From contig NC_069003.1 of assembly GCF_001194135.2 (NCBI RefSeq), positions 35,696,679 through 35,760,678 on the forward strand: a stretch of DNA of 64,000 nt, given 5' to 3'. Source of the stretch: Octopus bimaculoides (Eukaryota). This document shows positions 13,498 to 24,979 of this stretch, one piece after another (position 1 is the first letter of the stretch; the number at the start of each line of letters is the position of its first letter). Position numbers and translations under genes: made by a program. The notes under the pieces were generated by a model. The model ran no database searches. It had not been told where the DNA came from and saw only the letters and a program-made list of their open reading frames with translations.

Positions 13498-13697
13498 AAC
13501 TTTTGGTAGTTTCAGGCAAATTTCTACAGGATCACCTGCTACAACTCCGTGTTGCTGGGCTGTATTCTCTTTTGTTGTTGGGGAAGTGCAAACACTTCCC
13601 GGTATTGTCTTGCCTTATTTTGCTTTGTTATGGGGTCTGGTTGCAGTCTTTTGTTGTATTAGTGTTTGTAGTGTGTGTTGTGTGTGTAATGCGAGTA
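13498..13697 (-). mobile_element. 3' UTR-only fragment of R4/Dong-like retrotransposon
   Basis: 13503-13560 matches 26322-26383 (TAGTTTCAGGCA.ATTTCTAC...CCGTGTTGCTG), which terminates the RT-bearing element at 26322-28330; followed on the minus strand by an (AAT)n(GAT)n tract. Confidence 0.7.
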
Positions 13698-13709
13698 TTA
13701 TTATTATCA

Positions 13710-14020
13710 TTGATCTGACTTAGGTTCGGTATTATCCCTGGCAGGATTTACGTGAGTAACAGGTTTCTACCAGTAACCTTATGTATCCATTAGCTTTCAA
13801 TAATCTTTCAAGTGCTTAGAACCTTCTTGATAATCTTTCGTCTCCTTGAGAGGCAAGCTTTCTCTAGAAACTCTACAGGACATTCTATTTCAATCTGCTT
13901 CAATCATTTGCCTATATCTTTGCTTACAGTTCCCAATATACCGATTATTATAGGCCCAACCTTTACACTTTTCATATCTCAAACTTTGGCAATTTCAAAT
14001 TTATCGACCTCGAAAAGATG
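13710..14020 (-). mobile_element. R4/Dong-like retrotransposon, RLE C-terminus and 3' UTR (pseudogenised)
   Basis: Minus translation FEIAKV*DMKSVKVGPIIIGILGTVSKDIGK*LKQIEIECPVEFLEKACL..IIKKVL matches the RLE C-terminal pattern seen at 23747 and 61001; ends in AATAATAAT. Confidence 0.85.
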
Positions 14021-14077
14021 AAATGTCGCTGAAATGTCGCTAAGCATTTTGTTCGGCGTGTTATTATACTTGTTACA

Positions 14078-14272
14078 TAGGGTTGTGAGCTGTCAAAATC
14101 ATTAGCACGATGGATGCAGCGTCATTTCATCCATCTCTGCATTCTGTATTCAAATCCCGCCGAGGTATTTCGTCCCTCGCGGTTGATAAAATAAGTACCA
14201 GTTGAATAACAGGTCGATCTAACCGACTGAGCCCTTCCCAAACATTGCTGGCCCTGTGCTAAAATTTGAAAT
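14078..14272 (+). mobile_element. SINE family B, diverged copy
   Basis: GAGCTGTCAAAATCATTAGCAC...TTCAAATCCCGCCGAGG...GATAAAATAAGTACCAG...GGTCGATCTAACCGACT...GCTAAAATTTGAAA followed by (ATC)/(ATT). Confidence 0.78.
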
Positions 14273-14789
14273 CCTCATCATCACCATCATCATTATTATT
14301 AACTTTCTCTTTCAATTTTGCTTCCATTTCTTGCTGAGTGTCTTCCCAACACCTAGGGCAAAGAAACTCATTGTATACATTGGTAAGTTATCAAAATAAA
14401 GACACCAGATTGTTCATTTATAAAATCATGTGATAGAAAAAGAAAGGAAAGAAAGACAGAGAGAGAAAGGAAAAAAAGAAAAAGAAAAAATGAAAAAGAA
14501 CACAAAGAAAATAAAAGGGGAAAAGGAAAGAAAATTCGCTGTGTCAATGCTCTTCTCAGTACGTGTGTCGTACCATTGAAGACAATCTTTTACACTTCCT
14601 TTTGGATGGTAAGCTAGGGATCATCCTTAGATAATTTTCACTTCCTTTTTTTTTTATTCCTAGCGATCCTACAATCACTCTTATTGTAACCGTCTTGAGA
14701 TGCTAATTTTTTTCGATTTCATTCAACAAATCTTTATATTTTCTGAGCTTATCAAATTATTTTGCCGAGGAATTATGATCATACGGTAT

Positions 14790-15393
14790 GATTATTATCA
14801 TTATTATTCAGTACCCTTAATTTTATCACGTACTTTCACTGCACTACCGAGCACAGCACCGTGTGCTATGGCTGTGTGCTGTGGTTTGTTGTGATGCTCT
14901 TATTTTGACTTCGCCTAGTAGTGTTATTTTCTATATGTTATATACATTCGTAAGTCCTGGTGTTTTGGATATGTAGTTGTCTGAATGTGTTTTAATCATA
15001 CCGAATGCACCTATAATTACAGGGATTGTTTCTGTTTTTAGACTCCACATTCAGGTTATCTCTCTTTCCATATATTTCTAATTTGAGAGTTTCTCCGTTT
15101 CTTTTAGAGATACATTGTTATCTGTTGGTATTGATACATCGATTAGAAGATATTTTTTTCTTGGTGAACTCTGACAACTATATCTAGTCTATTAGCCTTG
15201 ATTTTCTACCAGTGTATTGGCATATCACAGAATATGATTGCTTTATCATTTTCAGAGACCTTTACTGGCGTGTGCCTATACCATCATTTTTTCTCTTGTC
15301 CTTCCATAGTGTTGGCATAGCTTCTAATGTATATAGGTCCCAAATCTGTCATGTCTGCGGATATATTCCTTCTTAGCCAGGACTAGGCAGCCC
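14790..15393 (-). mobile_element. R4/Dong-like retrotransposon 3' fragment (post-CCHC to 3' UTR)
   Basis: Minus translation LAKKEYIRRHDRFGTYIH*KLCQHYG..WYRHTPVKVSENDKAIIFCDMPIH..IKANRLDIVVR..MWSLKTETIPVIIGAFGMIK; UTR GCTCGGTAGTGCAGTGAAAGTACG..TACTGAATAATAATG. Confidence 0.88.
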
Positions 15394-15806
15394 ATACGAA
15401 GCGCAGTATACCCATCATGACAACCCGTTTGATAAGGGTACACCAGGCACATGCATCACAACCATAAATTGCGCCACATAGTGATTTCATATGAAGATAA
15501 ACAGCACATGACCTTGTTGGTTGGGCCCAGTTAGAATTTTCGTCAGGTCGAGTAGCCCATCCCGGTCAAGTGGTCCCTGAATAAGGATTGTTTAAGGATG
15601 TTGAACGAAACACCCATGTTTCCAAAGGTGAATTATCCAAGCCCCAAAGAATTCCTCTCAACACATGGCTATGATGCTCCTCCATTACTTCTGCTCGTGA
15701 TCAGAGATGCACATATTGTCAGCCACTAGGGGACATGCTCAACTGGTTAAGGTCAAGCAACTGACAAGCAAATCTGTGGTATTGAGCAGAATATTTACTG
15801 TAGCCC
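15394..15806 (-). mobile_element. Element X, partial copy
   Basis: Colinear and highly similar to about 12922-13332; abuts (ATT)n 15807-15866 on one side and a Dong fragment on the other. Confidence 0.85.
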
Positions 15807-15869
<63 letters not shown>

Positions 15870-16439
15870 GTATTTGTCGTCAACAGACGTACTTATTACT
15901 CTTAAAACTTTGGACATTTACCAAGTATACCTGAGGTAATACATTCAATACGTATTTTCTGTGGAAAACTCATTTAGAATGCAATGTGCTTTCTTTCCCA
16001 TACATAGTGAAAAACAAAATTTTATTTTTTGAACTGTAACCGTAATTTTAGCAGTAATGGAGGTGTTTAGTGGTTGCAAAATTGCAGCGAAGAGATTTAA
16101 GGAGGCGGGTAACGTGACCAATGAAAGTACTGTCTTGTCTAAGTGAGCAAGAAGAAAGGTACCATATTTCAGCATCACTAAAAATACACAGGCTTCGTCA
16201 TATTGTTAAAGCAAACCCGGAGGTATAGCTCTGGCCAATGTATAGAGTAATATCTTAAAAGTTGGTCGGAATTCAACTTATAAGGGATGTGTATTTGGTT
16301 TTCAGAACTCAGGGTTGAGTGAAAAAGCCCCTTAACATACACCTTAACTAATCAGACAGAACTTATTAGTCTGATTACGAATATGAACCTGTTGAAGCCA
16401 ATTTTTAAATGCTATACAGATTGGAGGTACTCAATTTTG

Positions 16440-17200
16440 CATAATCATTTCATGAAAAGTTTCCATAGAACCAAGTAAAGAACATTCCTCACATTATGCT
16501 TTAACGTGCTTCATCGACATCGCAATGCAGGCTAAGCAGCCAGGAATGTTCAAAAGGCTTAGGGTCCAGATGTAGTGTTTGAATGCACTTGCAGAATGTG
16601 TTTTGAATAATTCAGATGTATCAATTTCAATTTGATGAACCTAGATCAGAACGGCTCTCCAATGCGGGAGATGAAATGCTGGAGGCAATACTTGCAAAGA
16701 ATCCTGCTGTCACATTTACATAACTTTCCGCCTAAATTTAATGTTAGTATTGTAACTATTAACTATCATTTGAAGAAGACAAGAAACTTTCTCTGTTAGA
16801 TAATTGAGTTCTTCATGATTTTTCAAGAGCAAATCATCAAGAAAGGCCTGACTGCTGTGAATCACCCGTATATTTAACATCCAAGCACCATATTAAGCTA
16901 GATAAAGTATGGGAATGAAAAATGGACTTTTAACAGCAATACTAAGTGCTGCAGACAGTGGTTAGGCACCAAATCAAAGACTTGTATCTTATCCACAAGA
17001 AAATTTTACTGCTTGATGGGATGTGGTAGATTTATTAATTATGAAATTTTAGGAAACAAGAATCTCTCCTGAAGTTTACTCTCAGCAGCTTCACCATTAT
17101 ACGACTTCTTTGGAGAGAAAGTATCTTCGTTCATTAAGCTAAATTCCAATGAAATAATAGATTGTGCAAAACAAAGAAATACCCATAATATTTGTGCATT
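16440..17200 (+). mobile_element. Old mariner transposase relic
   Basis: HIML at about 16490; DEPRSERLSNAGDEMLEAILAKNPAVTF from 16634 (HTH linker); VLHDFS (WVPHEL-like) at about 16808; YGNEKW (TGDEKW-like) at about 16908. Many stops and frameshifts; ends uncertain. Confidence 0.7.
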
Positions 17201-20200
17201 TTACTCGGATGTATCAATAAAATGCACACATACACACACACATATGCATTTTTTCTTACTCTTAGCAAAATTAAATTCAGTTTAATCTTCTTTTGATGCA
17301 AATTATTTACCGATGTAAACCAGTTCTATGTTACAGCTGTATACTTAATGATAAATGCTGTTTTGGTGATTGCTTTTGCGTTGGGAATGAATAAAAGACA
17401 TATTTCATAACAGAATTTAAGTACATCGAAACGTCAACCCAGTAATGAAATAAATTCAAATATAGTGACTTTTCAGAAATATTGTAAATATGCTGTAGCC
17501 TGAAGAAGATCTGATGGAATGAATTCGCAGATTGGTGTGAAATCACTCCAGTAATTTCAATCAGTTGTACCATCTTCCAGTTCTAATAAACACACAAACT
17601 CGTTCATACGATTAAAGCTATTCTGTAAACTAACAGAACTATAATCTTGGCTGTATGTATCTTTCTCCGGAAAATTTGTATAATTTCAGGATGTCTGGAT
17701 AAACATAAATTCTAATGCTGAGTTATAATTCTCTGTTAGGCTTAAAGTTTGAAAGTTTCATCTAATGTCACCTCAAATTTTAAAGTTAGGCTAAGTCTTA
17801 AATTGTATTATAATTCAACTATCATGGTAAATAAGATATTTGAGAATTGTTGGTTTCGAACTTGATCCGAATGCAGCCGATGTAAATTTTCTGATATAAT
17901 CTATTTTCCATAATCTTTAAATCGTAAATATTGTAGTAATACTGAAAGAAATGCATAAGCAACAGCAATGTTTCACGGTCGACATCACATGATACACTTA
18001 GTATAATAGAAAAAATGGTGGCATCAACAGCAGCAATTTTCTAGATATACTGGTTTCGTTATCATGTGACAACGACTGTATATATATTTTTCGTTTTGTA
18101 TCGAGAGGGGAAAAGATGATCATGAATTTCAGATGTGCTTATTTGTATTTTCAAACTTGAACATTAATAAACCATAAAGAATGTCTTGCTGTTCAAATCA
18201 GCTCGATTCTTTAACGTTTAGTTTCTAAAAATGATTTTTGTTCCCAACCGTTCCCTTGGCAACGTTAAACAATAATTTACCTAGGGTTGTGATGTCCCTC
18301 TACATGCATTTTCTACCTGTACATTAGTAGTGTCTGTTCATAAGAGATGATTTGTCTACTCGGGCACTCTCGAATCACACATCTAGTCTTCTGTCATCCT
18401 TATTTATCTCATCCACCCCCAGACCTCACAGTAACTACAACTCCAAGTTTTGTGTCCCCAAACATCGTCTCTATAAAATTCTCACCTCTGTACAAATTTT
18501 CTACTACTGTTAATGTTCGCGAGTAACATTAAATGCGACATTCTCAATGGCCTCCGGGGACTTGTAAAGGAGCACAGCTCCTTCATGCAAGCCAATCCAA
18601 TTACAGTCACTGAAGCAACTAAATGAACTAAATCCTCCACCCTCTTTTTTTTAATGTCATCGAAGTCGACTTTGCCTTTTGTGCTTTTAATGAAAAGCGA
18701 AATAGCCACGCAAAGATAGTCACGTGTCTCAAAATGAAATCAAAATTTCATTGTTATAATTAGCAATTTATTGAATTTTCTATTTAAAATATCTGGAATT
18801 TCTTTATTTAATCTCATTTTCCTCCCTGTTTTCTCCATCTCTCCGATTATTTTATCAGTTCCTCGCATATAAATTCATGTTTTTATTAATTATATTGTAT
18901 TCTATCGATTACGCAGTAATTCTTAAGATGAAAATCAATTAAAGAACTGTAAAAGAAATCGAGAATAGACATTGAAAATTGAGTTATGATCAGCTATATT
19001 TTTGCAATCTCTCATTTTGACTTTTTGGATGGATTGTACAATTTCTTTTAATTAATGGCATATTTAGAATCTTATTAATGTATAATATGATACATATGAT
19101 AAAAGTATTTCTTCAAATTCCAAAAATGAAAACATGAAAGCTGAAGTGTGAATGCTATGACTCCAATCGAAACAATGACTATTTCAGATAACTAAATAGT
19201 CTGTGTTACAAAAGACACTTTAAGAAAAAGTTTATGATTGAATACGAAATTTATGAGAAAATAGGAAAATAAAATTTACATTATTTCCAAGTTTATAATT
19301 CTGTTGGTTGTTAGAATCACTAAAATTGGAAAGTTTTGCACTAAAGTAGAGGTTCACTTCGCAATTTCTGCATGAACATAGATTATTGATCTGTATGGTT
19401 ATTTAGTAAAATATCCACCATTCGGAATCACTAATAGTCACACTTTATAAAAGTGTTTTGTCCAACATTTATGTCATTAATATTTAAATGACATCTAGAT
19501 TGCTTTTGTTTGGATTCAGAAACATTATTTGGAGGATTCAAATTACTCAAAAACATTGAATATAATATTGTACACCATCATCATCATACTCACAATCCAG
19601 TAAGTAAAAAGTCTAGTGTAATAGTTTTAGCGCGTTTGTTTGCTTCATTATCATTTTGAGAAACTACTAAATTTGAACGGTCTGCAATTTTATGAAAGAT
19701 TACTGAACAAGATCAAAGATTTTCCTTTATTGTTAGAGATGCTTAAAAATATACTAGGTTAATTACTGATTATCCACTTACAGACAGGCATATATACACA
19801 CACATACATACATATACACACACATACAATACATATATACATACATAATGTGTGTGTGTTTGTGTGTGTATTGTGTGTGTGTGTCTGCGAGCGCGAATAA
19901 ACGAAACATTGTAGAAATAATACACATTTAGATTTTAATACTTACATTATATTTTGGCGCATTAAATACATTAAAATAGTGACTGTGAAGAAAAATAACT
20001 TTGTGGCCGTTAATTTTTTTTGCCTAATATTGAGTTCGCTATTTTTCTGTACCTATCACACGATGCGAAATAACTGCATTCGATATTAGCACTATATTTA
20101 TGATAGTACATATATATGTATATATATATATATGTATATATAATGTATTGTTCCGTCATAGGAAGATCAACAAAAAAAGTACTCCATTTGGTGAGAGATA

Positions 20201-20412
20201 AATATCATTTATTTAGAGGACGCAATATATGTCTTTAAGTGGTACTAATAGTTTCATATGTTGAGAAATATCTCAAACATAATCATCACACACAAACGCA
20301 TATCAACGAACTATGATATATATCGTATGTGCTAAAATAGATGAAACTTTTAGTAGCACTTACAGACATGTATTGTGTCCTTTAAATAAGTAGTATGTGT
20401 GTGTGTGCGTGC

Positions 20413-20445
<33 letters not shown>

Positions 20446-20455
20446 NNNNNNNNNN

Positions 20456-20499
<44 letters not shown>

Positions 20500-22129
20500 T
20501 AGCTTACATATGTAATCGACTATCTCGTATCACACTGACTGCGGCGTACCCGAAAATCCTAATTAATTTTACAGATCTTTCTCCTGGCAGTATGACTTAC
20601 ACAGTTTCTTTATATATATAATCAATGCTTAATTCACGCACGGGAAATTAAGGAAAGTAAAATATATTACTAATCAGATGCACAAATGAGGGATTAGTTC
20701 CACTGCCTTTAGGAAATCGTCACTTTAATCTATATCAGGTTAGTGATGGATTTGAACGCAACGAAACACTAATCAAGCATACAATGATAATAAATTACAT
20801 CTTGATGATCTGAATCATGGTCAAAGAAACAATGCAACTCTGATGATGGAACAGTATAAATAAGCTGTTGACTGTGAACAGTAACTTTACTATCTGTCAC
20901 AATCTCAAATTTAAAGAAACATCATTCCAGTAATCCAGCATTTCCATTATCTGCTAAGAAACCCTTGTTTTTCTCAATAAAGGAAAAACACGGTAAAATA
21001 GCTTATGACTGCAGTAAAAAATATATATATATTTATATACTCATCTCAAAGTAAAATGCTCCAGGTATTCATTTTAGTGTATGAATATAGGAATTAGATG
21101 ATTCTTTTCTCAATCTGGAAGTACATAAAATAGAGACTATTTGACAATATGAACAGGTAACAGATATTTCAACACCTACAAAATTGCATACTAATTGTAA
21201 TATATTTACAATTAGTTTCCATATTACTTTAATTGCAAAATATATTTAGCGATAAATCTAATATATCATTTAAAGATGTCATATTTAGGAAAACTAATTT
21301 ACAAGTATTTAGTAATAATAATTTACTTTTCACTATTCCCCTACGTCGAAATTAAGTATTTTTTCAATCCCCTCTTACTTGTTTACTTGTTTCAGCATTG
21401 GACTCCCACTATGCTGTGGCACAACCGTGAAGGTTTTAGTAAACAAAAAAGTGAGAAAATATCAGTTGCATTACTTATATTCTGTCTTGTATCTATTCTA
21501 TCAGGATCCTTTTGTCGAACCACTTACAGACATGCATACATACACACATAGTAAACTCATAGACACACGCGCACACACACACACAGATGCAGACGCAAAC
21601 GTATGCGCAGATAAAGATACCTACCACAGAAAGACAGAATAGACAAAACAGAACAGAAGACTCATAGGATGGAGTATTGTCGAAAAGGTCACAGGATGAG
21701 TGACGAAAGATTTTAGACAAAAGATGCTAAAATAAAAATATTAATAAAGCTGAAGTGAAGGACAAGTATATAGCGCACATGGTGATTTGGACGAAAAATA
21801 AAAGCATCCTCAAATATAAAAAACATCTATTTCAACACACACTAAAATGATAATAGCACTAAGCATATATTTGCGTCCCGAAGGATTCCACCGTATAATC
21901 TAATATAGGCTGATTTCGAAGATGAACTTTGGAATACCGTGAAGAACGTTAAATTTCACCAATTCCTTTTGAGAAAAAAGCACTCATTTAAGACAATTGC
22001 AACAGTTAACGAAGGAATTTAGAAGTTAATCGGGACTACTTGTCCACGCTGATAAAACAGGAAATATTTATCATATGGAACCTGAATTATACCTCTTTTA
22101 GACTAGAAAAGAAATTATGAAGAAACATA

Positions 22130-22880
22130 AACAGCTTCTGGAGAAAACTTATTTAACATTGACTTATTTGTGAAAGAGATAATTGAATTTTTACAAGCGA
22201 AAGATCGGATTGAACCTTTCACATCAAAACCCTCAGAATAAACTTAAACACCATAAACCTACCTTTAATATCAATCCGAAAAGTTAGACTGATTTTCCCC
22301 AGTATCCATAGGTCTAGTAAGATTAACCTTAAATAGGTTAATCCCGGAAAAAACTTTTAAATTTCTTTAAGCATCTTGGTCTGTCTATTTCCATAGAAAA
22401 TAAATGTGGTAAGATTATTTTCTTCGGTGTAACTCTGGATGTAAGTACAGGATTATACCAGCCACATAAACTGAATGGGTGTTTAAGGTATGTGAATACA
22501 AATTCCAAGCATCCTAGAAACATAATAAATTCTATTGTTGAAAATGTATCAATATATATGTAGAGGCTTTCTGCTAATGAGAAAGCATTTGTACAAAATG
22601 AAAAGTACTGTAACTGCATTTTCTGAAACTGGGTATGAAGATAAAATTCAACATATCCAGAATCAAAACACTAATAAATCCCCGGGAATGATAGGATATC
22701 AAATATGATGGGCCTTGATAGAGAGTGCAGTGAAAATAAACACAAGCAATCTTTTTTAAGAAAGCTAAGTAATAGCAATAACGATCAAAACACAAATAAG
22801 ATTGTTACAAAGGAAGTCTTGAAGATAAACATATTAAAATGGGAGACAAACATATTTAACATTAAGGAGCATAGACGCAA
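22130..22880 (+). mobile_element. Penelope-like element RT/thumb fragment
   Basis: LKHHKPTFNINP-KVRLI at about 22245-22294 and KIIFFGVTLDVSTGLYQPHKLNGCLRYVNTNSKHPRNIINSIVENVS..RLSANEKAF from 22411, matching PLE RT (LKDHK..P..RLI) and thumb (FLDV.LDL.TG..P....L.YV...SNHP) patterns. Confidence 0.78.
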
Positions 22881-22915
22881 CTTTGTCGATACTAAAAGTG
22901 TAGTTGGTGTAATTA

Positions 22916-23664
22916 CTCTCTTTACTCTCTTTTACTCTTTTAATTGTTTCAGTCATTTGACTGCGGCCATGCTGGAGCACCGCCTTTAGTTGAGCAAATC
23001 GACCCCAGGACTTATTCTTTGTAAGCCTAGTACTTATTCTAACGGTCTCTTTTTGTCGAACCGCTAAGTTACGAGGACGTAAACACACCAGCATCGGTTG
23101 TCAAGCGATGGGGGGGGGACAAACACAGACACACAAACACACATACATACATAGGAGTGGCTGTGTGGTAAGTAGCTTGCCAACCAACCACATGGTTCCG
23201 GGTTCAGTCCCACTGCGTGGCACCTTGGGCAAGTGTCTTCTACTATAGCCTCGGGCCGACCAAAGCCTTGTGAGTGGATTTGGTAGACGGAAACTGAAAG
23301 AAGCCTNNNNNNNNNNNNNNNNNNNNNNNNNNNNNNNNNNNNNNNNNNNNNNNNNNNNNNNNNNNNNNNNNNNNNNNNNNNNNNNNNNNNNNNNNNNNNN
23401 NNNNNNNNNNNNNNNNNNNNNNNNNNNNNNNNNNNNNNNNNNNNNNNNNNNNNNNNNNNNNNNNNNNNNNNNNNNNGTAAAATAGATATATATACATACA
23501 TATATACGATGGGCTTCTTTCAGTTTCCGTCTATCAAATCCACTCACAAGGCTTTGGTCGGGCCGAGGCTATAGTAGAAGACACTTGCCCAAGGTGCCAC
23601 GCCGTGGGACTGAACCCCGAACCATGTGGTTGGTAAGCAAGCTACTTACCACACAGCCACTCCT
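22916..23664 (-). mobile_element. SINE family A copy split at its internal microsatellite
   Basis: 5' half at 23511-23664, 3' half at 22916-23150 (tail TCTTTTACTCTTTTAATTGTTTCAGTCATTTGACTGCGGCCATGCTGGAGCACCGCC on plus), interrupted by an oppositely oriented copy and a gap. Confidence 0.88.
23153..23306 (+). mobile_element. SINE family A 5' half nested in opposite orientation
   Basis: AGGAGTGGCTGTGTGGTAAGTAGCTTG...GAAACTGAAAGAAGCC runs into the N-gap at 23307. Confidence 0.9.
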
Positions 23665-23666
23665 TG

Positions 23667-23746
<80 letters not shown>

Positions 23747-23747
<1 letters not shown>

Positions 23748-24110
23748 TTGTTGTTGATGTTGCATGTCCCTTTGACCCACGAATAGTCAAGAAGGAAAGC
23801 GGAAAGATAGATAAATGCTCCCCTCTTAAGTATGAAATAACCCAGCTACGGAAAATGAAGAAGGTGAAGACAATGCCAATCATTGCTGGGTCCTTGGGAA
23901 CAGTATCAGAAGGCATCAAGGAGAATATAAAGGAAACTGGAATAGTGTGCCTAGTAAGACTGTAATATAAGGTTTGCCTCCTTGGCACGTCCAGAATAAT
24001 CAAGAATCATGTTAGACAGCTGAAAAGAACAGGTATCATGGTACGGTAGGCTGCAGGTAACAAGCCCGCTACGCATGCAAGACCCAAGCTCCTCCAACAA
24101 AACCTGTGAT
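23747..24110 (+). mobile_element. R4/Dong-like retrotransposon, RLE C-terminus and 3' UTR
   Basis: Preceded by (AAT)n 23667-23746; IVVDVACPFDPRIVKKESGKIDKCSPLKYEITQLRKMKKVKTMPIIAGSLGTVS..VCLLGTSRIIK; UTR ends CCAACAAAACCTGTGATAAA then (GAA)n. Confidence 0.9.
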
Positions 24111-24202
24111 AAAGAAGAAGAAGAAGAAGAAGAAGAAGAAGAAGAAGAAGAAGAAGAAGAAGAAGAAGAAGAAGAAGAAGAAGGAGGAGGAGGAGGAGGA
24201 GG
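24111..24202. repeat. (GAA)n(GAG)n compound microsatellite
   Basis: Read directly; lies between two Dong-like fragments. Confidence 0.95.
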
Positions 24203-24203
24203 G

Positions 24204-24680
24204 TGAAGATGGTGCTGAAATCCAACCTGAATGCCAAAAATTTGATTACCACAATGAATATCTGGGCAGTTGCGGTGGTCAGATATAGTGCGTTCATCCT
24301 CAAATGGACTAAGGAGGAAATATCAACACTGAATAGAAGGACAAAAAAGTTGATGACACTGCATGAGGCGCTACACCTTAAAACAAACGTAAACAGACTG
24401 TATATGAAAAGAAAAAATGGTGTCAAAGGACTAATTAGTATAGACCATTGCATAAGGTGTGAAAGGAGAACGCTTGACGAGAATTTGATAGTCATGAAGA
24501 CCTGCTGCAAAATGCCGCGAAAGAATTGGGTGTAAATGCAGATGAAATGATGGGCAAGGCAGAGGTTAAACAAGGAGCTGAGGAGAAGAGAAAAGAAGAC
24601 CTTCTTGAAATGAGAATGCATGGGCAGTTTGGAAGGAACATACAAGACGTTTTTGATACTTTAAGTAGGGGTAATTCCAA
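24204..24680 (+). mobile_element. R4/Dong-like RT thumb fragment
   Basis: VLKSNLNAKNLITTMNIWAVAVVRYSAFILKWTKEEISTLNRRTKKLMTLHEALHLKTNVNRLYMKRKNGVKGLISI..MHGQF, matching the HP.AD..RLY..R..GGRGL thumb motif. Confidence 0.88.
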
Positions 24681-24807
24681 CTGTGAAATAATAATATTGA
24701 TTATGATTAATAATCCTGGTTTAAACCTAATTCTGAGAATAGAGTTAGTACTAATTCCTTTAACCATGAGTGCTGCATACGAGTGAATAAATACCTTTGT
24801 AATTTCA

Positions 24808-24869
24808 AAGACAAAATTATGTGTTTTGGAAAATCAGTATTTAAGGAAGAAGATATATATATATATATA

Positions 24870-24936
<67 letters not shown>

Positions 24937-24978
24937 TTTCCTTAAACACTGATTTTCCAAAACACATAATTTTGTCTT
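24808..24978. repeat. 41-bp inverted repeat (40/41 identical) enclosing a (TA)n(TAT)n tract
   Basis: Left arm 24808-24848 AAGACAAAATTATGTGTTTTGGAAAATCAGTATTTAAGGAA; right arm 24938-24978 is its reverse complement with one mismatch. Confidence 0.93.
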
Positions 24979-24979
24979 A

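Noticed and set aside
24007-24645. 212-aa hydrophobic minus-strand ORF resembling a membrane protein
   Set aside because: Antisense of Dong fragments; the poly-Leu comes from (GAA)n.
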